64,000 nucleotides of DNA from Hyphochytrium catenoides (Eukaryota > Protista > Hyphochytriomycota). The notes below the pieces were generated by a model, which had not been told where the DNA came from, made no database searches, and saw only the letters and a list, made by a program, of their open reading frames with translations. Position 1 is the stretch's first letter. Each line of letters opens with the position of its first letter. Location: contig FLMG01000549.1 of the NCBI GenBank assembly GCA_900088475.1, positions 70,157 through 134,156 of the forward strand, in the 5' to 3' direction. The position numbers were made by a program, and so were the translations under genes. Below, one piece after another: positions 1 through 14,036 of the stretch.

Positions 1-1622
1 CCAGATGAGGTGTTGCAATGATCTTAGGGTGCTGAATAAGGTCGTAGGTATCATCTGTTGGTGGTTCCACGCGATAGACATCCAGAGCAGCACCCGCCAC
101 CTACATATTGTATGGACATCAGTTGCTGCAGATGGTCTATCTTCCTTGGCATTGGCAACAATCCAAGAAGCATCTATCCTTGACTGTTCATAGCAATAAC
201 AAAATATGATGTCTACCTTCCCACTGTTTAGACCTTCCAAAAGTGCTTCCTCATCAATGACGCCTCCTCTGGCACAGTTGATAATCCTTACTCCATCCTT
301 GCACTTGGCAAGCGAGTCCTTGTTGATTAGGTTCTTTGTATCGGCACTATGATTAACAGCCTGTTTAGCTTCTTCTTTCGATACTTATGTCTCTCAAGAA
401 GACTTCTAAAGCACTCACCTGAGCGGTACATGAAGACTGATAATGTCACTCTGTGCGTAGAGCTCATCAAGGGTGACAGGGGTAATGTTCGACAACTTGG
501 AAGCAGACTCTGAAAGGATCGGATCATAGCCAATGGTGGTCATGCCAAAGGATTGGCACCACCTCGCAACCTAATCACAAAGCCAGAAAAGATATTTAGT
601 TGACAGTCAGCTTCAATTTCCTAATTTTCTCCCTTAGAGAATTCCCGCAATGCACCATCTTCCCATATGTTCGCAATCAGGACTTACCTCGCGACCAATT
701 CTGCCCAGACCGACGATGCCAATAGTCTTCCCGCTAAGTTGTCTACCCATGAAGCTCTTACGATCCCACTTGCCGGCCTATTACGCAGAGAAAGTTAGTA
801 TACACAAGAACGAAAAGGCCTCCAAGCTTAAGAGCTACCTTCACACTAGCATCTGCCTGTGGTATGTTTCTCATAAGAGACATCATAAGGGACATGGTGA
901 GCTCGGCTGCGGACATTGTGTTGCCACCGGGCGTATTCATGACTATGACTCCGCTAGTAGTGCAGGAACCAAATGAAAGAACAGGGAAACGACCAACGTA
1001 AGCTGCCTGTCCAACTCTCTGAATGAAAATCTCCATGTTGCCACTTACTGCCTAGTCGCCGCAGCCACATCAATGTTATCTGTTCCTGTGCCTGCTCTAC
1101 CAATAAGCTTCAGATTGGTACCTGCCTCGATGACGTCCTTCGTCACCTGGGTACCACTACGAGTGGAAAGAGGTCAGGTTGAGACAAATAGAAGAGCCTA
1201 CGTAAATTCCCTACCTTCTAACGATAAGACCGTCGTATTCCTTGATCTCCTTAAGCAGATCCTTAGGGTCCTTGAAAGTCTTCTGCACCACATCATGGCC
1301 GTGGGCGCCAAGTACATCCACGCAGACCTATAAGCAGAGCATTAGTGCACTTGAAACAGCAAAAGTAGATGACATTGTTCCCCCTCGCATAGCTACGAAG
1401 GAGGAAAGTGCAACAACAAGGCTGAGAAGAATACACCTGGACTATAAGTGAAATCGGGCAGCGGAAACGGCTACGGCACGGTACCTGGTCGATAGGATCT
1501 GAGCATAAAATCCTCGCCAGGGCTGCAGTAGAAGCATGAAACTGACGTCCCTGCGAAACTCTCAAGCTCTGCTCAATGGACTTGAGGGACAAGCGTGAGG
1601 CTAATGAAGCCGTCTTCAACAT
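1..1622 (-). CDS. PHGDH: D-3-phosphoglycerate dehydrogenase, paralog 1 (multi-exon; 3' part runs off the left edge); mitochondrial-type presequence
   Basis: Spliced exons read [14 protein letters not shown]...[78 protein letters not shown] and VAGAALDVY...PKIIATPHL. These are 2-hydroxyacid dehydrogenase/PHGDH motifs. Confidence 0.95.
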
Positions 1623-3140
1623 GTTTTACTATTTACTGCGCTGATTAAAGCAGCTGAGCGATGTATTCAATCAACGGTGTCTATTGACAGTCTCCGACCG
1701 CTGCCAACAGAGGATAAGAAGCTTCACAATCTATGGAGATGGGAATTGAGAGGATGCCCTTGCTTTGCAGGCCCGATGGAGATAGAGGAAGCAACAGAGA
1801 CAATGTTCTCTTCCCTTAGTCAAGCAGGTGGGCATCCGGAAGAAAAGCTTTGCTCTTTATAGAGGCATTATTAGGGAAGGGATTGAGCCTGAGAGCGTTC
1901 TAGTAGGTTAGATGAAGGTAACTTGCGGACCAGATAGGGAGAGACAGAGATCTGAGAGATACCAAGAAGATTCACTTACTCCGTCTCTATGACAAGGATT
2001 TACCTTCAGTAGCGAAGACAGAGAGAGCCACAAATATCAGCAAACTGAGGTAGAACACATATAAGGTTCGCATCTAAAGGAGAGGAAGGAGGGAAGCAGC
2101 ATCACGAAGCAAAGTCCTCTCGCTCTTCTGATGCTCTCTTTGAAGAGGAAAGATATGAAAGCTACAGAAGGAAGCTTTCAGTTATACTTTCCGAGTGGAG
2201 GAGTCCACCCAGCCAGAGGCCTTACTCTTCAATATTCTGGTCAGACCGGATAAACAGGCCCACCCATCTTCTTTGAAGCAACCAGCTTAATTGCCGAGAA
2301 AATACCCAATAGAAGCCTGAAAGCTTCAGAGCGTTTATTTGAATGTTTCAAAGCTTTCCACACACAATCGGCCTACTCTATGAACCGATGGATCCTGCGA
2401 AAAGTACTTTTCCTGTTTCTCAGAGGGGAGGTCAGAGGTGGTTGGCTCTGGTAGCTTCAACATTTAGCGGGAGCAGAGCGTGTGCGGGATGAATCATCAT
2501 CATCTCAGTCCCCCACACCGCCGAGGATGGGACGATGGGCCCAGCCATTTGCAGTACAAACCTTAGGCAAATCTAGGAAACTGATCGAGCCAGTTCTAGA
2601 TCCCCTCCAGTACTGGACATAGGACCATAAACTGTGCCAGAAAGATCGCACCAGGAAACACGCCCAGCCGTCGTAACCATGACCAAGATGACCAGCCCAC
2701 TGCTCCCAGCTGAAGAGCTGATGGATCCTTGAGAACACAGAACTTCAGATCTTCCCCAGGAGTTGTATCGACGTATTCCGAACAAGCGCATTGACTATCC
2801 CTGATGATTTCTTTGAGAAGTGGCAATCATAGTGCTGATCGTGGCACAGAGCAAGAAGCTGAGGTTTCCTATTGCTGAACAACAGAAAGACCATAAAGAG
2901 GATCAACACCGATGCAGCGGCGTCAGAGAGTGGAGCCAAGACTGGAGAGAATGCAGCAGGCTCCAACTTGTTGAGCGCGGCTATCGTTCTACTTTTCATA
3001 AGGGGAAGCTGAGTGTTGAAGCTTCACAGTGAGGTATCTCCTGCAACGGCACCTACTTCTTTGTCAGCATAGTGAAGTGGCTACTGCTTTATCATCTTTA
3101 TAAGCCCCAGGCCTTAGGCGCTCATAGGTCATCTTCCACA

Positions 3141-5208
3141 ATGTTTATCAGCAAGTCACAGCGGGTTGCATCAAGGTTAGAGCCTGAAATAGCTTTTCTT
3201 TTATCTATAGCCAGTGCTTTGCTAACTAGTCCTTCGAGTTTAGTCTGCTACGTAGTGGCAAACGGCTTCAGCCCTCAGGACAGCGGGCAAACCAGTTCCA
3301 TCAAAGTGCATCTTTGGCTGCTAGGATTCTCTGCAGCGATCCCATTGAACCTGTCTGTCGTGAGGTTTTCACTGCTAGGGGCCATTCGGTAGATGAAAAG
3401 AGCAAGCTGTCTGAAGAGGAGCTATGCGGCATCATTGGCCAGTATGATGGCCTTGTCGTCAGAAGTGGCACCAAGGTTACGCCCAGAGTCTTGGAGGCAG
3501 CCGGCAAGCTTAAGATTGTCGGTAGAGCAGGCACAGGAGTCGACAACATTGATGTCAAAGCTGCCACCAAAAATGGGGTTCTGGTTATGAACACACCTGG
3601 AGGGAACACTCTTGCAGCGGCTGAGCTCTCTTTCTCCACACTATGCGCTCTCTCCCGTAACATTCCAGCAGCTGTAGCATCGATGAAGCTCCGCAAGTGG
3701 GACAGAAAGAAGTACACTGGCGTAGAGCTTAATTCAAAGACAGTTGCCATTATTGGTCTAGGGAACATCGGACGGCAGGTGGCAGAATGGGCCAAGGCGT
3801 TCAACATGCGAGTGATTGGGTTTGACCCCGTCATGAGCGCTGAGGTTAGTGCGGCTATAGTGGATAGGTTACCTCTTCGTTCCAACCTTGCTTACCACCC
3901 CTCGCGTAGGATGCTGCCAAGTATGGCATCGAAAAGCTAGAACTGGACCAGATCTGGCCACAGGCTGACTTTATTAGCTTGCACACGCCCCTCAATGATG
4001 GCACTCGTGGGCTTATCAATGATGAGACCATTGCCAAATGCAAGAAAGGGGTTCGCATTGTCAACTGTGCTCGTGGAGGTAGAGTCATTTCAAGACGTCG
4101 TCCACTTCTGTTTGACAAGGTTTTTCTTCATTAATGTTCCGGTTCTTCGGCCTGCTCCGTCAAGTCGGTTGTTCTGTGGTAACAATGTTCCTTGCAAAGA
4201 GCGAAAGGATCCCTCGCTATGTCCCGCAGCCCATGGTGTGTGCTTTCCATGCCGTGACCTAACTCACTGTGACCTCTAGGTGTCGTTGATGAAGCCGCTT
4301 TACTACGGGGATTGGAGAGCGGACATGTTGCTGGAGCTGCGCTTGATGTCTATAGCCAGGAACCTCCTCCAGAGTCTCTTAAACCCTTACTGACCCATCC
4401 CAAGGTCATTTGCACCCCTCACATCGGCGCCAGCACTGTGGAAGCGCAAACCAAGGTGGCGGAGCAGATTGCCGTTCAGATTTGCGATGTCTTTGACGGA
4501 AAGGATTTCTTCGGAGTCCTTAACGCTTCGCATATGGAACTCGCCAGCAACCCCGATCTTAAGCCTTTCCTCAGCCTGGGCGAGTCTCTTGGCTCTCTGC
4601 AGGCTCAGCAAATGGACGGCGGTATCTCTAAGGTCGTAGTCTATACCAGTGGTGGCCGGGACATTGATATCACCACTCGCAAGGCCAGAGATGCTCTCAA
4701 GGCAGCCATTCTAAAGGGTGTTGTCGCAAACTTCATCGAGAATCCTGCCGAAGCCAATCTCATCAACTCTCCCTCGACGGCTTCGGAACTGGGCATTGAG
4801 TTCGAGTTCTCGGACCAGCTGCCGGTCGCAGTACCGCGATTGGGCGCTTATCGCAACCTATTGGCTGTCAGCGTAGTATCAAAGGAAGGCAAGAGCTCCT
4901 TCATCGCTGGCAGTGTGTTTGGTACGGAAGGAAAGGTGGTTCAAATGGGCGACTTCAAGGAGTTCCCCATCTTCACACCTCAGGGTACCCTTCTGTCGTT
5001 CAACAACGAGGACAGACCTGGCGCGATTGGTGAGGTGCTGAAGATTGTGAGCGATGCTAACCTTAACATCGCTAGTATGGGCGTCGGCCGCCAGGAAGGT
5101 ACCAAGGCCTTGGCTTTCCTGATTCTTGATGACGAAGTTGACGAGAACACGCTGGCGAAACTCCGCCAGCTGCCAGATTTGGAGAATGTAAAGACTGCAT
5201 CTTTGTAA
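3141..5208 (+). CDS. PHGDH: D-3-phosphoglycerate dehydrogenase, paralog 2 (type I, C-terminal ACT domain); mitochondrial-type presequence
   Basis: ATG at 3141 ([11 protein letters not shown]) followed by a short intron. ORFs 3314-3940 and 4312-5208 carry [44 protein letters not shown] and the ACT-domain motif NEDRPGAIG. Stop TAA at 5206-5208. Confidence 0.95.
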
Positions 5209-5444
5209 GGTTCATAAAGCAAACAATTCATGGAGGAGGGAAGCCATATCGAAGTGCCAAGGATCCAAGTCAATAGTTAGCGATAATTTATTGAGTTGTG
5301 GGGGCACTTCTCGTCTGTCTACCCGTGGTGTTTGCGAGAATCACCCTCATTAAGAGGCTGACAACGCCATAGCTAGATCACGAGCCGTTGAGGGCCTATC
5401 CTGATAATGGTTATAAAGACTTGCCTTTCACCCGCATCTTGTTT

Positions 5445-8400
5445 CTAAGCCAAATAGTTATAGACCTGAGGGTTGTCTTCATCTCTTTCCAGATACTCGC
5501 GCTCAATCAGACTCTCTATCCGCTTCTTCAGGTCCGCAGGCTACAAGGGAGTAAACCGGGAGGGGAAGGAGAAAGACGGTGCATCAGACCACGTTTGAAT
5601 CGCTCAAAGAGCCAAGCTTCGAAGGCCCAAGACGTGTAGAATGACCACGATTGGTAACCGGGTGAAATCTTCGTTTTACCTTGGCTGGGAACTTTAGCTG
5701 ACTGAATAGCTCTGACATGAGCATATTATGAGTCAAGGTCTTCCGCGCCTTCATCGTTCTTACTATTGCTGCATCAACCTACAGTCCTTCATCTTAGCAT
5801 TTCCAGCAGGAGAGGAAGAGAATAGAGAGAACCACGTGTACGTGCAGCCATACTCTCACACGGCAGCCGTATAAGAGAAAGAGAGGTGTTCGGACGGGAG
5901 AGAGGGGAGCGCCTTCTACCTGGTACTGTCTATCCCGGAAAACTCGTTCATGAGTTTCCTCATTCTCCTCCACAGTCTCCTTGATTTGGATCTGGTTGAT
6001 TTTAATCCTCATTAACTTGTTTGAAAAATCTTTGTTGAACTCAAAGCGATCACCGTCCTCCACATCTTTTCCCTGTCGAACCACCGGTCTAAGTATCGAG
6101 ATCGCCATAAGGAGATGTAGAAACAGGAATCAAACAGTCTAGGGAAAGATGGAGAGGCATAATGCAGTTCTGATTGGATGGCAGCAAGGAGAGGATATCT
6201 GGTGGACCATGAGAGAGAGAAGGGGCGTCTGTCATAGAGGGTTCTCATACCCTAGGTATCTTTTGTAGCACTCTAATCTTGCCACAAGCCAGACTCTGCA
6301 ATGTTCTCCTTAACTCTTTATCCTCTGATTGGTGAGCCCCGGTAAGTTCAACGATAGCAATTGATGAAAGCTACTGTTGAGAAAAGGTGGTCGTCTGACT
6401 AAAAATTACAAGGGGACGTATGATGGTGGCAGTCCGTAAAAACGGGAGGATTGAGTGCATTCCTACCTAGTCCTGTAGTCTCCTTTATATACTTGAAGTC
6501 TAACACATCTGCGTTATTGAAGCAGAGGAGAACAAGGGTCTGGTACAGCGACACCTGAAGCTCTTTCCGGCCCTGCATGTCAAAACGTAAGGCTCTCAAA
6601 CGATTCACCTGCATTCAACCCCTACAGCAAAAAAGTGTGTACCTTCGGGAAAGCAGTTTTCACCACGCACTGCCCAAGAGAGTGCTGCCAAATGAGCTGC
6701 CTGCCACTATATTTGCTCAGATAGAACTTGCGAAAGACCTCCTATAAGGATCAAATTGGTACATCCGGTCGAGTCCAGGTCAGAATAAGCAGAACAAGCG
6801 GTTCAGCAGAAAGAAACAGGTACAGCTTACTTGGTACTGAGCCATCTCGGAAGGAAGGTTGATCTCCAGAGCTGGATAAGGTGGCCAGTACCCCGTGGTA
6901 AGCACCTGGACGCTCATGTCTATGTTGTTACCTAGTTGCTCCAACTGGGCCCTGCCAGATCCAGCAAAATAGAACATTATCGATTAGGTGCAAATCGGAC
7001 GGCTGGTAGGATTTTCCAACCTGCTTGGAGCGTGCTGCTCAAAGGACGTCATGATATCACGCGAAAGGTCAATATCCTTGAACATGCCCTCCAACTGCCA
7101 ATATACCGTGGGAAGGGATAAAAAGTGATAGAGGAAGGGATGATGAGTGTGGCCGAAATACGATATCCCTGTGGGAGAGGACCACGTAGATGCCCAAGAG
7201 AGACAAGCTGAGCAGCATCACGCAACTTGACAACAGAGGTGAGATACGGCAACAGAGGAGGGAAGACACCTTATTTGTGAAGGAGTTTCCGCATTCGGTT
7301 TTCAGTTTCGATATCATTGACTTCTCAGCATCAAACGATGCGCTCTTGCCTATGAAAGCAGATGAAAGAATGTAACCAACCGAGGCCTTGTAAGGATGCA
7401 GCTGAAAGACAGAAAACTGGGGTTGAGCCGTACCCAAGAGTAGCCGTTTTGCGAGGTCTTTCTTGTAGAATGCTTCAAAGACATCCTTGCCCTGTTGCGG
7501 GCCGAACAGTGAGCAGCAATCGGCGCCCGAAAAGGTAGTTCAAGGATAGATAGAGTCATGCACAGCTTCTTTTGACACCCAAGACTTCTGCGCACCTGAA
7601 TGTATCGAAACAGGACCATAACCTTATCAAGAAGCCCTTCGAGTTCATCGTCACTTGTTCCTTTCTGTCCTGCCCTGAGCTTCATGTCAATAAATTTTGC
7701 AATGAGCTCAGCTGGCCGATTCTGGCGAGCGTTTATGAAGTACTCAAAGCCCTCCTAAATATAAGATAAAGGCGTTAGATATGGGTTAACAGGCAAGGTG
7801 TAAGTCCCAGGAGAAGGCCAAGTGCAAGAGGTAAGCAAGACTAGTGACTTCGACAGGGTCAAACGCAAATGGTCCCTGTTCACAATAAGAGGATGTCTGT
7901 AGGTTTGTCATTCAAAGAAGACGAATCTTCGCGTGCGTCAGAGCCGCACAGGATGGCAAGGAAGAATCCCATCACAGAAAGAACCGAACCTTTAGTGCGT
8001 AGGTGTATTTCTCGTTAAGATCGAAGGACTGCTCTAGAATCTTGTCCAACCGAGCCTTAAACTTGAGCAAGTTGTCAACCTACTCATAGTGAAAGCTTAA
8101 CATTAACGTAGCGCTTGCGGACGGAAGAAGAGCATATTACCATATCCTTTTCATTTTCTTGATCGTTGATGATCTCGAGCCCCTTCCTTCGAATATAGAC
8201 ATTCCATGCTGCCTTCAGCTAAAAGGAAAGTAAGAGGGTAAGAGCACTATACTGATAAATGTCATAAGAGAGAAGGATGCGCTATACGTAGAGGAGAGGG
8301 ACCGATATGGAGAGCCAAAAACAGGTGGCAGTAGTGCACGGGACAGCTGCTCACCTCCTCCAAGGCGTCGACTCTGCTGAAGAGATAGTACATCCTTTTA

Positions 8401-9826
8401 AGGTCTTCTTGCGCATCGCCATCCATTAAGCCATCGAAGCCCTTTTCAACTACAATAGATGTGTGCGGGCGCAGAAGATGTTGCTCCACGCAGGTAATTA
8501 GAGGCTTGCGCGTGGAAGGGTCCAGATATTGTGTCACTCGATCGCTAGCCTGCTGAAGCCTGCATAGCCAAGCCAGTGAGCAAGAGCCATCGTCAATGCA
8601 CCTTCCTAGAATCCCGAATATCGCGCAAGTCCAACTAAGGCTCTTTGGTACGGACTCCCAACCTCCTTACCTGTTTTCAACATGGATAAGGAACTCCCGC
8701 ACGTTGCTCTGGTCCATGTACTTTTCCCCCTCTGCCTGGTAGAAAATCTCTGTCCCCGCGATGAACGGGCCTTCAAATTTCTCATGGTAAAGCTTGACAG
8801 CGCGGTTAGAACTGAGCGACTTTATGCTCATTTCTATGATTTGCGCTAGTCACATTATACTGCTGCAGCTACTGAGTTCGCCCCTTCCCTTAGTAAATCT
8901 ACCATGACAACGCGTCTCCCTCTTCGCCTACCTGCAGAGATACTAGCATGCGGATCAGGTTCCGTACGAGCAGACGGTTGATGGCCTCACCCCGGCGTTC
9001 CCGCTCAATGAGGGCGAGAATTCCATGGACAAGCTTGTGCTCGATCTACACGGAGGGCAGCATGAGGAGTGAGCCCAGGCTTTTCGGTCCACCTCTTCTT
9101 CAAAAAAGGCCATGGACCACCTATATTTGACCTCAAACTCACCTCGGACTTCGCTAGAATATTTCTACGTAGCAATTGTAACCCCATGTCCCATAAGGAC
9201 TTGACATTAGCTGTCTGCAGGACATAGGTCCTGTCAAGATAGAGGAAGATACTTCTTATAGTGAGCATGTGCTCGCAATGGTCCTGCCAAACTCGGTCGA
9301 TCATCTCCAAGAACGATTCTTGGTCCGGAGAGGCCGCTGTTAGACCTTCAAACACCAATGAAACGTGCTGGGTGCATACTTCTTCCAATCGAGAATATAA
9401 GCTGAGTGAGGGAAATGTCAGACAAAACTATGCTCCAACCCTTCGGAAGGTGATGACGGGACATTTTCAATCGCCTACCTGGCACTCATCTTATGGATAC
9501 ACATCTCTTCTACAGCGCGGTATAGCTCCTCCCTATTGTAAGCCACTGGCTTCTTTTGATGAACTGCCACCACAGCTTCCCGCAACCTTTCCCAGGTTAC
9601 ATCTTCATAGTTATCTGGAAGCTTTGGGACACTCTTGAAGATCCAGTGAAGGATATGGTGGCAACAATCATTAGAGACCTTGGCAGAACCCTGCGATTTG
9701 AGTTTGATCTAGAGTTACCTTTAGTGTTTTTATTACAAGCTTCTTCTTGGGCTGCTGTGAGAGCGAGCCGCTGGGGCGAGCTGAGACGCCCTTGCCAGCA
9801 CGAGCACTTGCACTCCCAGATATCAT
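5445..9826 (-). CDS. CUL4: Cullin-4 (multi-exon)
   Basis: Exons read [10 protein letters not shown]|[65 protein letters not shown] and RDRQYQ, ending [29 protein letters not shown]. Start codon inferred. Confidence 0.95.
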
Positions 9827-10649
9827 ACTCTCTTCTTACCCCTGTCACGTGACGGGGGGGGCTCGGTTCGTGTTCCTAGACTCTAACTTAGGCTTCTTGC
9901 AGTAGGGAGGGAAATGGGGTCGGGGACGCCGTCCGAGGGGTTATCTTGCTAGCACACTTTCCTCGGCCTTGCCTCTCCCTCCTTCAGTCGTTGGTAGTTC
10001 CCACCGAGGACATTTACTGGGTATAGCGCGGAATTGGCACACACGGGCCTGCTTGAGGGCCAAGAAGCCCCCAGCGCTGACTGCACTTCCCACCTTCACA
10101 AGCCACAGAACGTGGTAAACTGACCGATAGACAGACAATGGATGAAGGAGCGCCTTCAACTGATCCGTGCCACTGTCAGCCTTGAGGCGTTCAGAACTAT
10201 GAGCTCAGCAAAGCATTGAGATTCTTCGCATTGGCGCCAGAAAAGAAAGGGCAAACCTTTGTGTTTGTTCAGAGATATCATGCAACTGGATCCGGAACCT
10301 CTTTCTCCTTATGCGGAATACTTAACTCTGTTGTTCCTCCTATTCGTAATAAGGCTATTTCTCTTCACTGTACCAACTTTCCCAGCCAAGCTGAGATCAC
10401 CCCCAGGATAAATGTGACAGACAAATCAACAACCTCCGTCACGCCCACTCTCCCATCATTATGCACTTTCTTGCCTGTGCTGCCACCTCCTCCCCGAATG
10501 ATGCTATGTTATGAATCGCTGGGCAGCTAGCTGAGGGAGACGACAAGGTATATAAATCGACATCGTCATTCAGTGATACACCTTAAGAATAGTGCCTACT
10601 GTTCTTACAAATGTCACTTAGGTTAGAGCCTACTGTCCTGCATTGGGGT

Positions 10650-12892
10650 TCAGTGATGCACCGCGGCTCTGGGCTGAGGAGGTCTGTCCAGCAGAGCAGG
10701 GACAGGCTTTTCAGTATAAAACTCAATGAGTTCGTTGGCACGGTGTACGATGTTGGCAGCAGTGATGCCGAACTTGGCATATACATCGGCTAGCTGGCCT
10801 GAGGCGCCAAAAGTGGTCATTCCTACATGAGCATGAGCATACCTGCTCCAGCCAAAGATATGCAGCGCTTCGACGCTGAGAATGGGGATGCCCTCAGGAA
10901 AGACACTGGTCTTATAGTCATCAGAGGTCTCCTCGAAGAGTGACATCGATGGCATGGAGACAACCCTTGACTTCTTGCCTTGGTTCTTCAACAACTTTGC
11001 GGCTTCCACCGCCAAAGCAACTTCAGAGCCCGTAGCCACAAGGACTACGTCGAGATCCTTCCCATCAGTTGTCCCATACTCCTTTAGTACATAGGCTCCT
11101 TTATAGACCTTTTCTGCAGAGCTGCCCTCCAGCTGCGGGAGACCCTGTCTAGAGAGGGCTAGTACTGAAGGTTTATGCCTGTGCTCCACAGCCCACATAT
11201 AGGAGCCTGCAACCTCATTACCATCAGCAGGCCGGAACTCGTACATCTCCGGCGTAGCGCGAATGAGAGCCAGAGTCTCCACAGGCTGATGGGTAGGACC
11301 ATCCTCACCGAGACCAATGGAGTCATGGGTCATAATGTAAATGACTCCAAACTTTGAAAGAGCGCTCAAACGGGCAGCTCCCCACGCGTACGTGATGAAG
11401 TTAAGGAAGGTGGCGCAGAAAGGTATGATGCCACCCACGGTGAAGAGCCCGTTGCAGAAGGCTGCCATAGCGTGTTCCCGGACCCCGAAACGGAAGTAAC
11501 GGCCCTCGGGTGTCTTTCTTTGAAAGTCTCCACTGCATTTCAGGGCCGTGAGGTTGGAGTGCGTTAGGTCTGCCGAGCCACCAATGAGTTCAGGAAGGAT
11601 GGGCGCAAGCGCGTTTAGGCACATTTCAGAGAGCTGCCTCGTGGCCATGGCCTTGTCGCCAGGCTTGAAGCGTGGTAATACCTTCTTCCAGTCCTGCGGA
11701 AGCTCCTTGCGAATCACACGACGGGTGAACTCCGCAGCCAGGTCGGGATACTTTTCGGAGTACTTAGCGAAAAGATCATTCCATTTCTTCTCGGCATCTG
11801 CGCCTTCCTTTTCATGGTTATAATAAGCACCAACGTCTGCAGGAATCTGGAAGCTCTTCTCAGGGTCAAATCCAAACTTCTTTCTGACGTTGGCTAGGTC
11901 TTCGCCGGTCAGGGGAGCACCATGGACGCCAGCAGTGTTCTCCTTTGCGGACCCGAAGCCAATGACGGTCCTGATCTTGATAATAGACGGCTTATTCTTA
12001 ACTGCCTTCGCTGCTTCTACAGCCTTGAAGATAGCATTTGCGTCGTGGTTACCGTCAGTCACAGTTTGGGTATGCCATCCGTAAGCCTCATAGCGCTTAA
12101 GCACATCCTCTGTAAAGGAGAGATCTGTGCGCCCATCAATAGTGATCTCGTTATCGTCATAAAGGACGATAAGTTTGCCCAAGCCCAAATGGCCCGCAAG
12201 AGAACCGGCCTGCAGAGGACATTCAAGATTAAGGGCGTCATGACATGAATCTTTCCACCGTGAGATCTGAGCCTCACCTCCGCAGAAACGCCCTCCTGGA
12301 GACAACCATCACCGCAGATGACGAAGGTGTAGCTGTCAATGATAGGGAACCCTTCTCTGTTAAAAATGGCAGCCAAATGGGCCTCTCCCGCAGCAGCGCC
12401 TACTGCATTAGAGATACCTTGACCAAGGGGCCCTGTGCATACTTCGATTCCAGGGGTGCAGAAGTTCTCGGGGTGGCCAGGGGTCTTGGAGTTCAGTTTT
12501 CTGAAGCTCTTGAGGTCGTCTAAGGTGACATCGTACCCAGTAAGATGCAGCATGGCGTACTGCAGCGCACAAGCATGGCCATTTGACAAAATGAATCTGT
12601 CACGGTTTACCCAGTCTGGGTTCTTGGGGTTATACCTCATCACCTGCATTCGACCTCTAGTTAGGTCCCTTATTGAGCAATTTTCCTGAGCAAGTTCACG
12701 AACCTTCTTCCATAGTACATGTGCCATTGGCGCGCAACCCATTGGCGCACCGGGATGGCCCGACTTCCCCGCAGAGGGCATCTCAGCACCCAAAAGCCTT
12801 ATGGTGTTGATGCAATGGGCTTCATCTGGAGTTGCCTTCATCCGCTTGGGAGAGGATGCCTTTGGAGACAGGGGCGCCGTTTTGGTTGCCAT
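10650..12892 (-). CDS. TKT: Transketolase (2 introns, no plastid or signal peptide)
   Basis: Motifs [50 protein letters not shown] in ORFs 12059-12892 and 10650-12305. Confidence 0.97.
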
Positions 12893-14036
12893 GGCTGTAG
12901 CGAATGAATGATTAGCACGTGTCTAGTCAGCGAAGGGGTCATCTTTGATAACCTGCTCACCTGCTATTGGAACAGACCTCAAGAGCTTCAAGCGGTGGTG
13001 AGTCAGGAAGTTGATGGTGAAGTGCTGTCGTCTGACAACTGGCTGGTACTCTTACTGAACTCTCAGCCCAGGATAGATCAGGTCTGAAAGTGCACCCGCT
13101 AAGAGCGAACCCGAGGAGATCTTCGTCCAATCAGTCTCGTCTCTCTCGTCTCTTCCTTGGATAATAATTGAAGCGATAGACCAACCACGTCCTCCTTGCT
13201 GTTCATCCTAATCAGGAGGCGGGCCGGGCCAGCTGGACGACTGTGAGGGACAAAAGATCTCATCAGACAATCCACGGCACTGTCTGGCTGAGTGGTGTTC
13301 CCTCGTCCGCTGTACTACACGATACAAGTACAACATCTGTCTGTTCTCACACTCCTCTGTCATAACACCTGTACTGCTATAATAACATGCCATGTTTTTG
13401 GCACCCCAACCAGTCATAATACCCTATGAAGAGCGCTTAGTAATGACGTCGTATTCTCGCTTGACATTTCGTTTTCGACTGAAGTTCGACAGTGGTACCG
13501 CTATTCCCGATATATATGGATATTATCTTTAATAAAAGGTACTTCTCCTCAGTACCCGCCTACTGTATGTATGTGGATTCTGAACCTTGCAGATCATACA
13601 ATAATACTTGAAAGCTTACCTCTAAGGTTATCAATAAAGCACGTACCTTCAGTAACTAGAGACCATCGCCGACATCTTGAAGGATCCATAGTGATAAAGT
13701 GGATGATGGCGCTCGATGAGAAGTAGTTCCTACAGGTACAGCTGTTCCTACTCCTTCGTAGGAATGAGATAGACACTGTCAGGACTGCAGAGAGGCGAGA
13801 GGACTTTCATTCAGCCTTAAGCAAACTGGGCATACAAAGCGCTACGAGTAGCTCTGGCGTTCCTGTCTTGCAGGCGAGGGCCCTTCCCTGAGATCTGCAT
13901 TGCAGCGACTGCAGGGATCCCCTCATAGAAGGAGAGAGACGCTGTTTAAGATATTTTATCTGTAAGGCCCATGGAGGCCTTAGGAGCTAGTGCTGGGCCC
14001 TCATTCCACCCATCTAAACCAAAGAGGTAGCTTTTT

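Noticed and set aside
3301-3885. Long antisense ORFs, e.g. 194 aa opposite PHGDH2, 207 aa at 41054-41677 opposite GH72, and many opposite transketolase, AFG2 and the ATPase
   Set aside because: They are shadow frames of well-supported genes on the other strand and have no recognisable motifs.
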